This document shows, one piece after another, positions 36,567 to 48,536 of a stretch of DNA of 64,000 nucleotides (positions are counted from its first letter, which is position 1; every line of letters starts with the position of its first letter). A model generated the notes under the pieces. It was not told the origin of the DNA and searched no databases. It saw only the letters and a program-made list of their open reading frames with translations. This DNA is from Rhynchopus sp. YZ270_cl-10 (taxonomy: Eukaryota): positions 2,294,001 to 2,358,000 of the forward strand of contig OZ037833.1 of the NCBI GenBank assembly GCA_964035575.1, in the 5' to 3' direction. Position numbers and translations under genes: made by a program.

Positions 36567-38890
36567 TGCCGTGGTAGCACCTCTGGGGGGTTGCCAGTCG
36601 GATCAAAAAAAGGGAAAAATAGATTTGCGAGAAAGCGACTATATTTTTTTCTTCTACTTTTGTTCTAATAAAAAAGAAAACTACAAGGTGAGGGGGGGAA
36701 AAAACTGAGGGTGGATTTCGGGATTTTAGGAATGGTTTCTAACTCCACCTATGTTGTTGCCCCCACCCAGGACATCTTATCTTTACCTAGCAGGTGTACA
36801 GTGATTTGTCAACACTAAAATAGCAAAGTGTAGAACATCCTCAGGGTTGTTTCTTCACGACAAGATTTTTAAAAAAAAAGAAGAAAAAGCAAAACAAACT
36901 ACTCGCCTTATTGGTTCTGACCACCGCCGTTTTGTGTTTCGTCATTTGATCTGCAGAGTGAGGTCCATCTTTCAATTTTTCTATTTTTTTTTTTTAAACC
37001 GTAGTGGTTCCCTCTTTGAAGTGAATAGCAAAAAAGTTCTTCAAAAATTTGTTTGCAACAAAAGGGTCTACAAGAGATGGTGTTTTTGTGTGATTTTGTA
37101 TTTTTATGCCTGGGAAAGGGAGGGGTTGGTGGGTAGTTGCGTGTTGAGTGAAATTAAGTTATCTGCAGTGGTCAGTCTGTTTGACACCGTATCGGTTCTT
37201 GTTGTGTTATGTATATTTTTTCCCCCCTTCGTTCTTCGCCCACTTTTTTTTTTTTTTTTGTAAGATGCCTTATCCCTTGCCATCCTTCAAAAAAAATTGT
37301 CAGGCGTTTTGCACCTCAAATTTTTCACTTTTTTTTTAAAGGTTTTCTCTCCTCCTTTTCAAAGTTGTAGATTCATTCGTAATTGTGAAAGGCGAAGACG
37401 GATTCCCACTCTGGCTCCTCGAAATACACTGTCACGAGAGGGCTTTGTATTTCAACTCTACTTTAATATTTTCTGCAATTGGTCAGATGGTCAGAGGTCT
37501 ACATGGATAGTCACATTTTATTTTTGGGGAAAATAGGTTATCAAGTCTCCCCCCCCTTTGTTCATTGTTTGTAAATAATGAAAAAGTTGTTTTGACAGCA
37601 TAAAGGGGGAAGAGAAGTCTTGCACGACTGAAGATAAAAGAACCGGTTCGTGGTAGGTACCGACCACTTGTTTGTCTATATTTTAGTCAAAAAATGTATG
37701 TCGGATTTCTCCGCAATTTTGTTTTGTATCTGCCATCCCGATGAACATGTGAGGCGTGTGTACACTTTTTAACCCCTATCTTGTGTCTTATGATCCTTAA
37801 CGTACCTCTATAGGGAGGGAAAATGACACCCAGGGGAGGTCATGTGGTCTAGCCTCGCTTTATCACCCTCAACACTACTTCCAATATTCCTGTACACAGG
37901 AATGCATCGGTCGAAATCGATTCGTTGTTTTCTTTCTGTAATACTTCCCTTCTGTTTTCCCAATCGTTCTGACTGCCTTTTTTTTCCCTTCCTTCGCCCA
38001 CCGCAGATCCCCCTTTCAGATGTTCACGAGAGATTCATCGTTCAATTTTCTTTTCTTTTTGATGTACCGAGCTCTCTCAGGGGGGGGGGGGGGGGGGGGG
38101 GTAAAAAACCGCTTCTTCTCGAGACACCCCACATTTTGTCTTCGAATTGGTGGTTTTTCTTACTATCTGCTATAAGGCAACGTCACATATCTTCTTGGAC
38201 ACGGAAAACAGTTCTCTCCCATTTTCCTCTTAGGTCAATCATTTCACTTCAACAGATAGGTTCAGGAAGGCCTTTTTTTTTTGGTTGTGTATGTGCTTTT
38301 TTTTACAGTAGGGTAGCAAACACGATAAAATTTACTCACACGCAAAAAAAAACTCATTTGAGGAGGCTTTTTTTACTCATTTTTGAACGCATTTTATTTT
38401 GTCGCAGATATATTGTACAACTGATGTGTTGGCTGGAAAGCTGCTGCCATGTCGAGCTTCAAAGGGTCTTTTTCAGCATGGGGAAAATTTCCATGCCGAA
38501 AGTAGAATTTTTCCTCCTGTTTTTTTTCTTTAATATTCCCCCAAAAATAAAATACAGAGCACAATGTGAGCACCTGGGTGTTAAGATACTGTTTACCACA
38601 TTTCTCTCCTCCCCCTCTTTCCCCTCCCTCTTCTTAAGGCTCTCAGTAACAAAAACGGTTAATAAAAGCGACCCTTCCCCCCTCGTCTCATCCTTGTAGT
38701 TGTTGTCCATCTCTTCTTTCAATACACGTAAGGTGTGTAGCAGGCGGCATGCTCTTGGCTGTGTTATAAAGTCATGTGGGATGGTGTCATGGGGTTCTTC
38801 GTATGTCGGCTTCGGTATAGGTCTCCTTGGGCTCCATGCGTCGACGTTTGATAAAATGTCAAAAAAATAGACAAAAAAGGGGAGTTTTTT

Positions 38891-39065
38891 ATCAGATGTA
38901 ACGAAATGGATGTAGGACTGCATGGTTGGGTGTCCACCCCCGGTACAACCGGTCATGTACCAAGGTACAGTGTTCACGAGAGGGCTTTTGTATTTTAAGT
39001 CAACTTTGATTTGTGTTCTCGGGGCTGCTGTCTTCTTATCGTTCTCGCAGTTGGCCTGCTTCTCT
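38891..39065 (+). repeat. Dispersed repeat family C (other copies about 40475-40645, 50713-50795, 37426-37460, all +)
   Basis: Shared ATCAGATGTAA..CGAAATGGATG.AGGACTGCATGG and AAGGTACA.TGT.CACGAGAGGGCTTTGTAT segments. Confidence 0.8.
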
Positions 39066-39148
39066 GAACATCGTCTTTTTGTTTGTTTTTCTTTAGTAAG
39101 CTTTTGTTCCTCTTATCCACAAAATTTCCAGAAAGTGATTTTGCAAAG

Positions 39149-39758
39149 ATGTCCGGCATGGAGGGAATTGACAAGGAGCGCTACGAGGAGCTGAAGAAGA
39201 AGAGACAGTTCAAGAAGTTCACGTACCGTGGTATCGAGACCGACGACCTTCTCAAGAGGTCCAACGAGGAGCTTGCCCAGCTCGTCTGCGCACGCGCCCG
39301 CCGTCGCTTCCAGCGTGGACTGAAGCGCAAGCCGATGGCGCTCATCAAGAAGCTCCGTAAGGCCAAGAAGGACGTCCCGATCGGTGAGAAGCCCCCGGTA
39401 TGCTACCTTTTTTACTACACCTTTTACAGTACTTCGAAAAAAAAAATGTTCATTTTTTTTAATACCCAAAGTCAAAATTTATTCTGGTTTATTTGCGGCA
39501 CTCAACTTGACAGACGAACACACCACCACCCCCTCTCCACAGCACGTGAAGACCCACCTTCGCAACATGATCATCGTCCCTGAGATGATCGGATCCGTCG
39601 TTGCCGTGTACAACGGTAAGGTCTTCAACGCCGTCGAGGTCAAGGGAGACATGGTGGGACACTACCTCGGTGAGTTCTCCATCTCCTACAAGCCGGTGAC
39701 CCACGGAAGGCCCGGTATCGGAGCTACCCACTCCTCCCGTTTCATCCCCCTGAAGTGA
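39149..39758 (+). CDS. RPS15: 40S ribosomal protein S15 (uS19), 2 exons
   Basis: Exons 39149-39397 and 39543-39758. [57 protein letters not shown]. Confidence 0.98.
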
Positions 39759-42700
39759 GCATACCTGCTGGTATCCAATGCTGTTTTATTTTGGTCTCTC
39801 TCGAAAAGAAGCCTTGGAGCTAATAAGCTGATCAGTCCAGTACAGTCCAAATGAAACTTTAAACAATACAAAAAAAATTGCACAGTGCAAAGAAAGGTCA
39901 AAGAAAAAAAAGAAAAAAGAAGAGGAACCGTTAGAGTGAAAACGGTGAGTTATTTCAGCCCCCTTCCCATTCTCTCTACCCTTATTTAGAAGGAGGTCGG
40001 TGGGCCGGAAAAAATGAAAAAAAAAAAAAAAAAGTTTTGTCATCAAAACCCCTCCCCTTTCCATATGATGCCCTCCCAAGGCAAACCCCAAAAACAACAC
40101 CCAACGAACGAAAAACAAACGAATAAAAAAAAAAAGAAAATTCCTCTTTTTTTCTTCCCTATGCTCTATCAACGACTGGGGGGTTTTTTTTTTGTCTTTT
40201 CTTGTAATCTGCAGATTCGAAAATTTCGAGACAAAGCTTCCATATCTTTGAGATGCTTTCTTCTTTCATCTTCAGCTCAGATGAATAATATTAGTTGGTG
40301 ACTCAGATCGCTCAAGGTTCATCTCACAACACCTTTTTCTTCACTTGAAGTAGCTCCCTTCTCTAAGATCTTCAGCATCTTTTTTTTATAAAGTTGCCCT
40401 ATTTTGATTCGCGTTCCTGTGTTTGCAATGATCCCCGTTCATCTGGTTGATGAGTGGAAGCGGGAGTAGCACATATCAGATGTAAACCACGAAATGGATG
40501 AAGGACTGCATGGGTGTCTACCCCCTTGGTACAGCCGGGTCATACTAAGGTACACTGTCATGAGAGGGCTTTGTATGTCAACAGGCAACTATTTTTTTTG
40601 CCTTTGGATGGCAGTAAAAGCATCTGTGGGGCTGTTGTTTCAAGCATCTCTGTCAACACTAGCGAAGGTTTGGACACCTAGACTGACCTAGAACATCGAC
40701 ATATGGCATGGGGTGTATGCGTCTTACTAAACGGGGTAATTCCTGCGCAGAATATGGCACCGGGTGTATGTGTGTGAGGGGGGCTTTATCCAGGGACAGT
40801 GGGAATCTACCCTGTTGGATTACTGCGAAGGGTGATGGCATTGAAGAAGTGCAGTATGGATGGTTTCCGTCTCATGCAGTCAAACTTCTGTATACTCAAG
40901 TAGACAGTCAAGGGGGGTGAGCGGACCACTACTGTGAGGAGGGAGGAGGCCAGGGTGTTGCTCGCCAAAGGATGTTGTGTGATGAGGTCGGTTGCGTCTT
41001 GGGAAGCATGGGTTGGGTGGGGTGGGTTGTGTGTGAACCTATGGGTGTGGGGGGGCTAAAGGCGAGGTATTTGCGTATTGCAATGTACCCCTTTTCCGCC
41101 TTCTCTGGCACTGCATGCGAAGTGAGCGAGACTGAAATGATGGAGAGTCTTTCAGGTATTATTTGCCTTGGGGTGGGTTGCAGTGGGTGGGTGGGGGGTG
41201 GAGAGCGTGTGGTGGTGGTGACGCCGTGCCCGACAAAAAAGCCCTGATGCAAAACAAGTAGTGAACCACGGCAAGGGCTTGCAGGGTGCATATTGATTCT
41301 CTGGAGCATGTAGTTGTGGGTGGGGTGGTGGTAATCGGGGTGGGTAGTGGCGGTGGTCCGGCAAAGACTTCATCCGGGAGACAGGTTTTTCACTTTGATG
41401 GGTTTTCCGAAGTGTGAAACGACAAGAGTTCTCCTGGAAGTGTCTACTTGCACTGTGCCTATAGTGGTAGGGGGTAGGGTAGCGACGATTCGACCTACAG
41501 ACATACAGTACACCACCTGGATGTGTGACTACCTAGTCTCGCTTAGTTCAGGGATGTGTTTTATTTGTATGGCTGTCTTTTGTGTTGCAGTTTTCTCCCT
41601 TTTTAGGTGACTACGCACACAAGGTGGTTGATGTTACCGTCTTTCTGTCTTTGGTAAGAATGTTTGGAGTAGAGTTGGGCTTCATCAATAACCTGTGTTG
41701 CAGATGGGTTGTGAGGTTGTGAGGGGTTAGGGGGAGGGTGCTGCAACCTCTGGCAAATAGACCTGATCTGTCAATGCCCGGCATTGATGGTATTGAGGGC
41801 ATTGTCCTGGAGGGGGTTGTTCCCAGTGTTTAGGGGTTTCCTTAAGGGGGAGTTTTGTAGTCGCAGAACCTTGGGCATCTGGTACTGGTAGGAAGTGTGT
41901 GAACCTATGGGGGTGGGGGAGGATAAAGGCGGGGGATTCGCGGATTGCAATGTACCCCCTTTTCCGCCGCCTCGTGGGGGCTGCTCTGTGGTGATTTGTC
42001 CGTTGCGGATTGGGGGGGTGTGAGGATGGGATAGGCGCCGTCAAAAACGCATGCGTGTTTGGCGTGTTTCCCTTGTGGATTCTTAGCTCCTCTTTGCGTA
42101 GTCTGCTTTGGGTTCTTAGTATTTCAAACTTTTTTTTGAAAAGAAGAAGAACTGCAAAAAGGTTGCAGCAAATGGGAAGGATAGGCCCCACGCCGTCTCA
42201 CCGTATCATCTCTTTCATGCTCATCAGCATCGAGAATTGACAGAAATCCCTTGAGATTTTTTGGTCCTGGGCTGGACCTTAAATTGCATCCGGGGGTCCG
42301 TTTTTCCTGAATCTCTATGAAGGTGTTGACCGCTCGAATCGATGTCTTGACCTGAGAGATTGCAAAACAGGAGGCGAGGAGGGTGTATGTGGTGGTCGCA
42401 GGGTACTTATGCTTTCATCCGGGGATGGCATTGTACGTGGGTCCGTCGGAGGTGCCTGCATTAATGACTTCACTTTTTTTTTTAATGCAAATCCTCTCAC
42501 CTCGGGGAAGTTCATGGGTGGGAAGGTTGATCTATGGGGTTCTACCTTGTTCCTCCTCTGTTCGTTAACAAACGAGTGGAAGTGTGGGAAGAAGGCTGAA
42601 TGAGACCCCACCATGAAGCATGAGATGAGGGGGTGACTGTGTTTCTTTGCAATGAAGCACCGTGGTATTTGGGCAGGGTTGTGCTTCTGATGTTGCGCCT

Positions 42701-43711
42701 AGCAGAGTGGGGCATCTGTTCACTTTGTTGAAGTATTGCGGTATGGGCTACACAGTGGAGGGGAGGAGACCTGCGAGAGGTTATCTTCTGGGAGTGAGGG
42801 GGGAGAGGGGGAATACCTGTCGGATGGAATAGGAAGATGCGGAAACGATGAGTGTCGTGGAGGGGAAGAAGCTGTTGATGACAATGCATCGGGAGTGGGG
42901 GAGGGGGGAGTCACTCAGGGGGTGGAGTGCTTTCCCTCATACTTGATCCGACAGGCAAGAAGAGGAGGGAGGGTGCAACGAAGGGGTGCTTATTGTTGAA
43001 AACATTGGTTTGGTGTGGTCGGAGCCAGATGGGAAAAGTGCGGGGAATTTGGGTTCCTATCGCATGTTCCATCACACCATTGCAACTTATTGTGTTGGTC
43101 TTCGTAGTCGAAAAAGATGTTATGGATGTTGCTCTGGGTGAGGGGGTGGGAAAGGTTACAAATCATGACTGCTGTGGCCGGATGGGGAGGGTGTCACCCC
43201 GATAGGTGGGATTGGTCGATGCTTTTGGGGGGAGGACATAGCTGATTAATATTTGTTTTTTTTAAAACAAATCTTACTTCCCTTACTGGGTGTGTTCCCA
43301 CTGGGGATGCTATTTATCCTTAGCATTGTTCAATCCTCTCGACAGCTGCACTCAGGGCAGATTGGCGGCACCCGCATACGCCTTGAGGTGTCTGCATCTG
43401 CACGGTATCATTCACTTTACCGTTTCGTTGCCTGAGGCGTGCTCAGAAGAGATGAGGGAGGGGTTCGTTGCAAGGTGGGAGGGTGTCTCGACGTGGGCTG
43501 CGAAAGGGAAGTGAGCTGGGTGGGGTGGGGGTGGGGGAAAGGGTGGTAGTGGGGCAAAGTGTCATCCCAAAGCTCCGAGCTTTTGGTTCCCAAAGTCGGC
43601 TCTGTGTTTACACAGACTGATAATGGTCATTAGTAAGGCAAAGAATTTTCCCAAAGCTCCGAGTTTTTGGCGTCCCTGTTAGTAGCGCTGTCTACTGCAG
43701 GCGACAACAAC

Positions 43712-43862
43712 TGCACTTATCGGTGGATGTCTTGGCTCTGGGATCGATGAAGACCGCAGCTAGACGCGATATTCAATGGGAATTGCAGAAGCATGAGACT
43801 CATCAGGTCGTCGAACGCATTTGCGGACCGGGTTCGCCCGTGCCCAGCAGCTGTTGAGTGAG
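43712..43862 (+). rRNA. Orphan 5.8S rRNA-like sequence, possibly a pseudogene
   Basis: Conserved 5.8S motifs in order and with typical spacing: CGGTGGATGTCTTGGCTC, ATCGATGAAGACCGCAGC, GCGATA, GAATTGCAGAA, TCGAACGCA. No SSU or LSU sequence recognised nearby. Confidence 0.85.
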
Positions 43863-44817
43863 TGGGGTAGTGAGGGATAAATAGATTGTGGTGTTCTATT
43901 GTGCGATTATTTGTCCCCCCCTTAAATCTTCAAACAACTCACCTCCAAATCACAGTAGGGAAAAAAAAGGGTCACTTCCACATCCCACATCAGTGTGTGT
44001 TTTTGAAGAATTGTTGGAATAGTGTAGTAGGCTGTTTCGCCTTTCACCACAACCCATAGCCCCTTCCCCCCTTCCCCTCCCCTTTGACTCCCAATTGCGC
44101 TCTGCAATTGATGGATGGGTGATTGCGACGGTGCAAATATAGTATCGCTAGGATCAAGGTATTCCTCCCACCACAAAACTGCACACGGCGAGATTCATAC
44201 TTGCAGATTTTTTTTTTCACCTCATTTTTTTCTTCCTTTTTTGAATAATTGATACTGTGTGGACACCTCGCTTTTTTTTAGTGTGAGCTCCACGCAACCG
44301 TTCCTCACCTATCTCTCCTTTCGTGGATACCGTTACTACGTCCTACTCCCGCCTCCACTCGTCAGGTAACGAACGGGGTACGGGGATCATTGGATGAATT
44401 TTTTTTGGGGGTCAAAAATTTGTGTATTATATTTGCTTCAACTTATCATTTCCTCCTTAAATGTTTGAGAGTCTATCAATGTGTTGGGAGGGAAACCAGG
44501 GGGGGTTTTGCATTGAACAAACGAAGGTTAGGAACATTCCCATTCATATACGAGCTGTCGTTGAAAGCTATGAAATGAGACATTGACGTCGTTTGCGTTC
44601 GTCTGCCGTTTCCGGTGATTTATTCAAGCAAAATATGCGGAATTCCTTCAGTTGGATTGGTCAGGACTAACGGGAACAAACCCTGCCTCGAATGTATCAT
44701 CCCAGGCTCTCAGGTGGAGGATGGCTACTTCCCTTTCCCGTTCGTCCTTCTGCAACCACCTTCAAGGAAGACAGGCCCTGTTCTGTACGTGAGATAGTCG
44801 TAATAAAGGCGTTGGTG

Positions 44818-47800
44818 ATGATGCACCTGGTGTCCCCTACGGAGCAGAGTTCCCGTTCACGCCAGAAGCCGTATGGGTCGAGATGTGCTACTGCTTCCAT
44901 GCATTCCTTAAATCACCGAAGTGGTGAATATTACAAAAGAAAAAGACGAAGATGTTCTGTCCATCTGTGGAGACGTCTTGTTGCATTTCTCACCCCATCC
45001 TGTTGATTTTACCGTTTTCACTTCATTTTTTTCTGCTTTATGTGACGCCCAAGCAAGAGGCCTAGGTTCATCTATAAACTTTTCTTTTTTCTTTTGACCA
45101 TTTTCCCATTTTTGCAGAGAACGTGAAGTAGCTGTTGTAAAAGAAGTTGCCCCTGATATGCCCTGTTGCCTGCTTTCTGAGGATAATTTGCCCGGTATTG
45201 AGCACGAGCAGACATCGCACGCGATGGTCTCGTCGCCGTTTAACGACTTCGCAGATGATGGTCTCGCACAGGTCGGTGCTGAGTGTGGCTTCCTCCAGAT
45301 CCCCGCTGTCGATATCCGTCCCAATAGTGCCCCAGCTGTGATACCCAGTATGGCAAATACCCCACCTTCTTTTTTGCACGACAAACCGTCATCTTGGTTG
45401 TCTTCAACTGTTCTCTTCGCTTCATTAAATGTTCAATTGTGGAACTGAGGAGTATTCTCTGTTAGGTCCAAGGCCAAGGTTAGCCTGCCTATCTGCGCCC
45501 CACCCCTTAGACTCCTATTAGGCTGTCGATGCGACAGTGATGCACATCCTCGTGGTGCCTGTGGTGCATGATTTCTATTTTCTTTTTCAAAGAGATGTGA
45601 ATGTGTAGTGAAGTATGCTGTGTTCGCTTACTGTCTTCTCTTTCACAGAAGTGCCTTTGAAGTGCCATGCACCAGGCATCTTCCCCGATGCGCACAATAG
45701 GTCGGGGACAGATCTGTGCAACGACCTGCTGACTGCACTCGCACACAACGGGGAGAAGGTGGGAAGTGCGCTGCTCGCAACGCCTATCCAGGGCTCGCTT
45801 GACTTCAACTTCCCTGTGGGCGACACCACACAGCAGGATTCGATAGTGTCTATGGGACTCGAGTTGGAACTGAAGCGCGACGCCGAAGTCAGAGGCAGAA
45901 GTTTGTCTCCAAAACGATCGCAACCATTTGACACAACCTGCCACGTCCCGGTATGAGCTTTTTTTACAATCTCTTTATGGGAAAGGTGAAAACGAAACAC
46001 AGCAATAAGGTGCAAGAATTACCCTCACGAGGCATCACCGCACACTACACTCCTCACCCCCAGGTCGCAGCAGCACGCATCCAGCAGACACAACCACAAC
46101 CTGCACACGATGCCAACATCATCGTGAGCTCCACGAAGAGCGAAGACCTTGCAGTATGTTGTCTTTTTGTTGTTCTTTTTTCGCTTGATTGACCCACAAC
46201 CAGACGCCCTCAGCTCTTCCGATTCAATTCCTGGATTTTTTTAATGTAAACTGAACATTTGTTCCCTCTCGGATATTATCATTTTTTTAACCGACCAAAC
46301 ACCACAGAAACTCCGGGTCCAGCAACAGCAACTCGCCAACCAACTCCGCTCGCTGCAGGAACAGGAGTGGGCGATCCTTGAGCGGCGCAACTCAGAGTCA
46401 AGCCTCAACGGCACGTCCCCTGGGCACACCCAAAGCAATGCGATGTACACAGACCAGACCGAGGTCAGCTCGCGCATCCCCCACGTGCCCACATCGCACT
46501 CCTCCTCTGTAGGCGGGAGGCCCTCTTCTGAAGGGGAGACAACCCTCTACGACAGCTTCGAAACAAACAAGACGAGCCTCAAGGTATGAGTCAAAGAGTT
46601 GATAGCACAAAAAAAGACCTCAAAAGCAACACCTTCAGTCAGCACGCACCCATCTCTTTCACTACCAATACAAACCAACACACCCCTCACAGCAGCGCGG
46701 CACCGGCAGCGAAGCACACTCCACCCCTCCAAGCAGCAACACACCGCTCACACCACCGACAGCAACACCCGCAGCCGCAAAGCCACTCTCCCCAGGGGCC
46801 TCCTTGCTCAACCCGAACATGGTATAGTCTTTTGTCTCGTTTGTTGTAGACTCCATGGAAGAAAAACCTTCAGGAGCAAAGCAAAATAATCCCCTTGAGT
46901 CTCTTCGGTATTTCAGGAAAACCCTGTACTGGTGTTCTGTGTTATTTTTTCCACTTCCCTTTTTGACTGTTTTCCGTTACACCAGCCCATTCTTCACTGC
47001 GTCACCTTCCCATCAACACCCTCCACCGCATCACACACCCTTACAGCTGGACCTTAAGAGCGCCCCACCAGGACACCGCCTGGACCCTTTCCTCGGACAG
47101 ATCGGGATGGTGGCAAAGGATCAACATGGGTATGGCAAGACAGCATAGCACTTATACTACCTTTTGACACGGCTCTCTTTGTTCCTTTTTCGTCTATTAT
47201 GCAACCTTCAAACAGATGCCGTTTTTTGCAAAGGCTATGCGAAGAAGGCAACACCCGTGAGATTACTATCATCTTTGAAGAGGTTGTGAATTTGACTGGG
47301 GAGCTTATGGTGGACCCTTTTGGGAATTACTTGATGCAGAAGCTGTGTGAGCAGTGTTCTGAGACACAGAGGACGGTGCTGATTGGGCGGGTGGCTGCGG
47401 AGATACCACGGGTGAGTTGTGAGATGCACGGAACACGCGCTGTGCAGAAGGTGGTGGAGCAGCTGCGTACACCAGAGCAGATTCGCATTATGCGGACTGC
47501 ACTGTCGCAGCATACTGTGCCTATGGTGAAGGATTTGAATGCAAACCACGTTATCCAGAAGTGTTTGCAGAAGTTTGACACTGAGAGCAAGCAGTTCATA
47601 TACGACGCCGTCACCTCGCAGCTGCATGACGTTGCCATGCACCGCCACGGCTGCTGTGTCCTCCAACGCTGCATTGACTTTGGTTCGCCTGAACAGAAGA
47701 TGCAGCTTGTAGAGGAAGTGCTCCGCTGTACACCACACCTCCTGCAAGACCCCTTCGGAAACTACGTCGTACAGTACATCCTCGATATGGACAACGAATA

Positions 47801-48536
47801 CATCATTGCAAGCGTCACCCGCAGCTTCTGCGGCAACCTCCTCGAACTCGCCATGAACAAATTCTCCTCGAATGTCCTCGAGAAATGCCTCAAAAAGGGC
47901 CAGCCAGAATCACGTCTTCCGGTCCTCAGGGAGTTGTGCGACCCACGGATCATGCCGCAGCTGTTGCAAGACCAATTTGCAAACTATGTCGTCCAGACCA
48001 GTCTTACCATTTGCACTATCGACGAATTTAATATGATTGCCGCAGCGATTCGTCCGTTTCTGCACACCGTTAAGAACACACCGCATGGGAAGAAGATAGA
48101 AATGCGTTTGAACAAACGTGCTGGCGAGCCCACCTCTCCGCAGGCTACTGGATACACCTCACGCGAAGGCAAAGGTGCGTTGTCCGCATCAAACCTGAGC
48201 AGCAGCGGCAGCAGCCATGGCAGCAACGGCCGGGGACGTGCCAGGCAGAACTCTGGAAGCGACCTACGCGCACAAAAAGGCGGATCCTCAGGACAGCAGT
48301 GGGGAGGATGGCAGGGCGGTCAGGGTCCACCCCCTTCAGTACAAACCTCTGGCCAATGGGGCGGCACCCAGACAGGGAGTGGAGGAACTGGCATGCAGCC
48401 ACAATACCCAAACAACTCCCGCGGTGGACGTCACCCGCAGCGCAACGCATCTGCCCTTCGTGCAGACGCACCCTCATACAACCCAGGCAAAAAAGTTGAG
48501 GTCCACACCGGAGTTCCACCCACAGCGCATTGGTAA
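44818..48536 (+). CDS. Pumilio/PUF RNA-binding protein, multi-exon
   Basis: Last exon about 47216-48536 carries Puf repeats (DPFGNYLMQK, HGTRAVQK, NANHVIQK, HGCCVLQR, FGNYVVQY, FSSNVLEK, FANYVVQT). DQHG/CRFLQR spans the preceding intron. Upstream exons near 44818-44870, 45118-45347, 45649-45950, 46064-46153, 46309-46583, 46693-46821, 47047-47129 are less certain, as is the start (ATG 44692 is also in frame). Confidence 0.85.

Noticed and set aside
37842..38977. 285-aa and 172-aa ORFs
   Set aside because: Low-complexity homopolymer-derived composition with no motif or coding bias.
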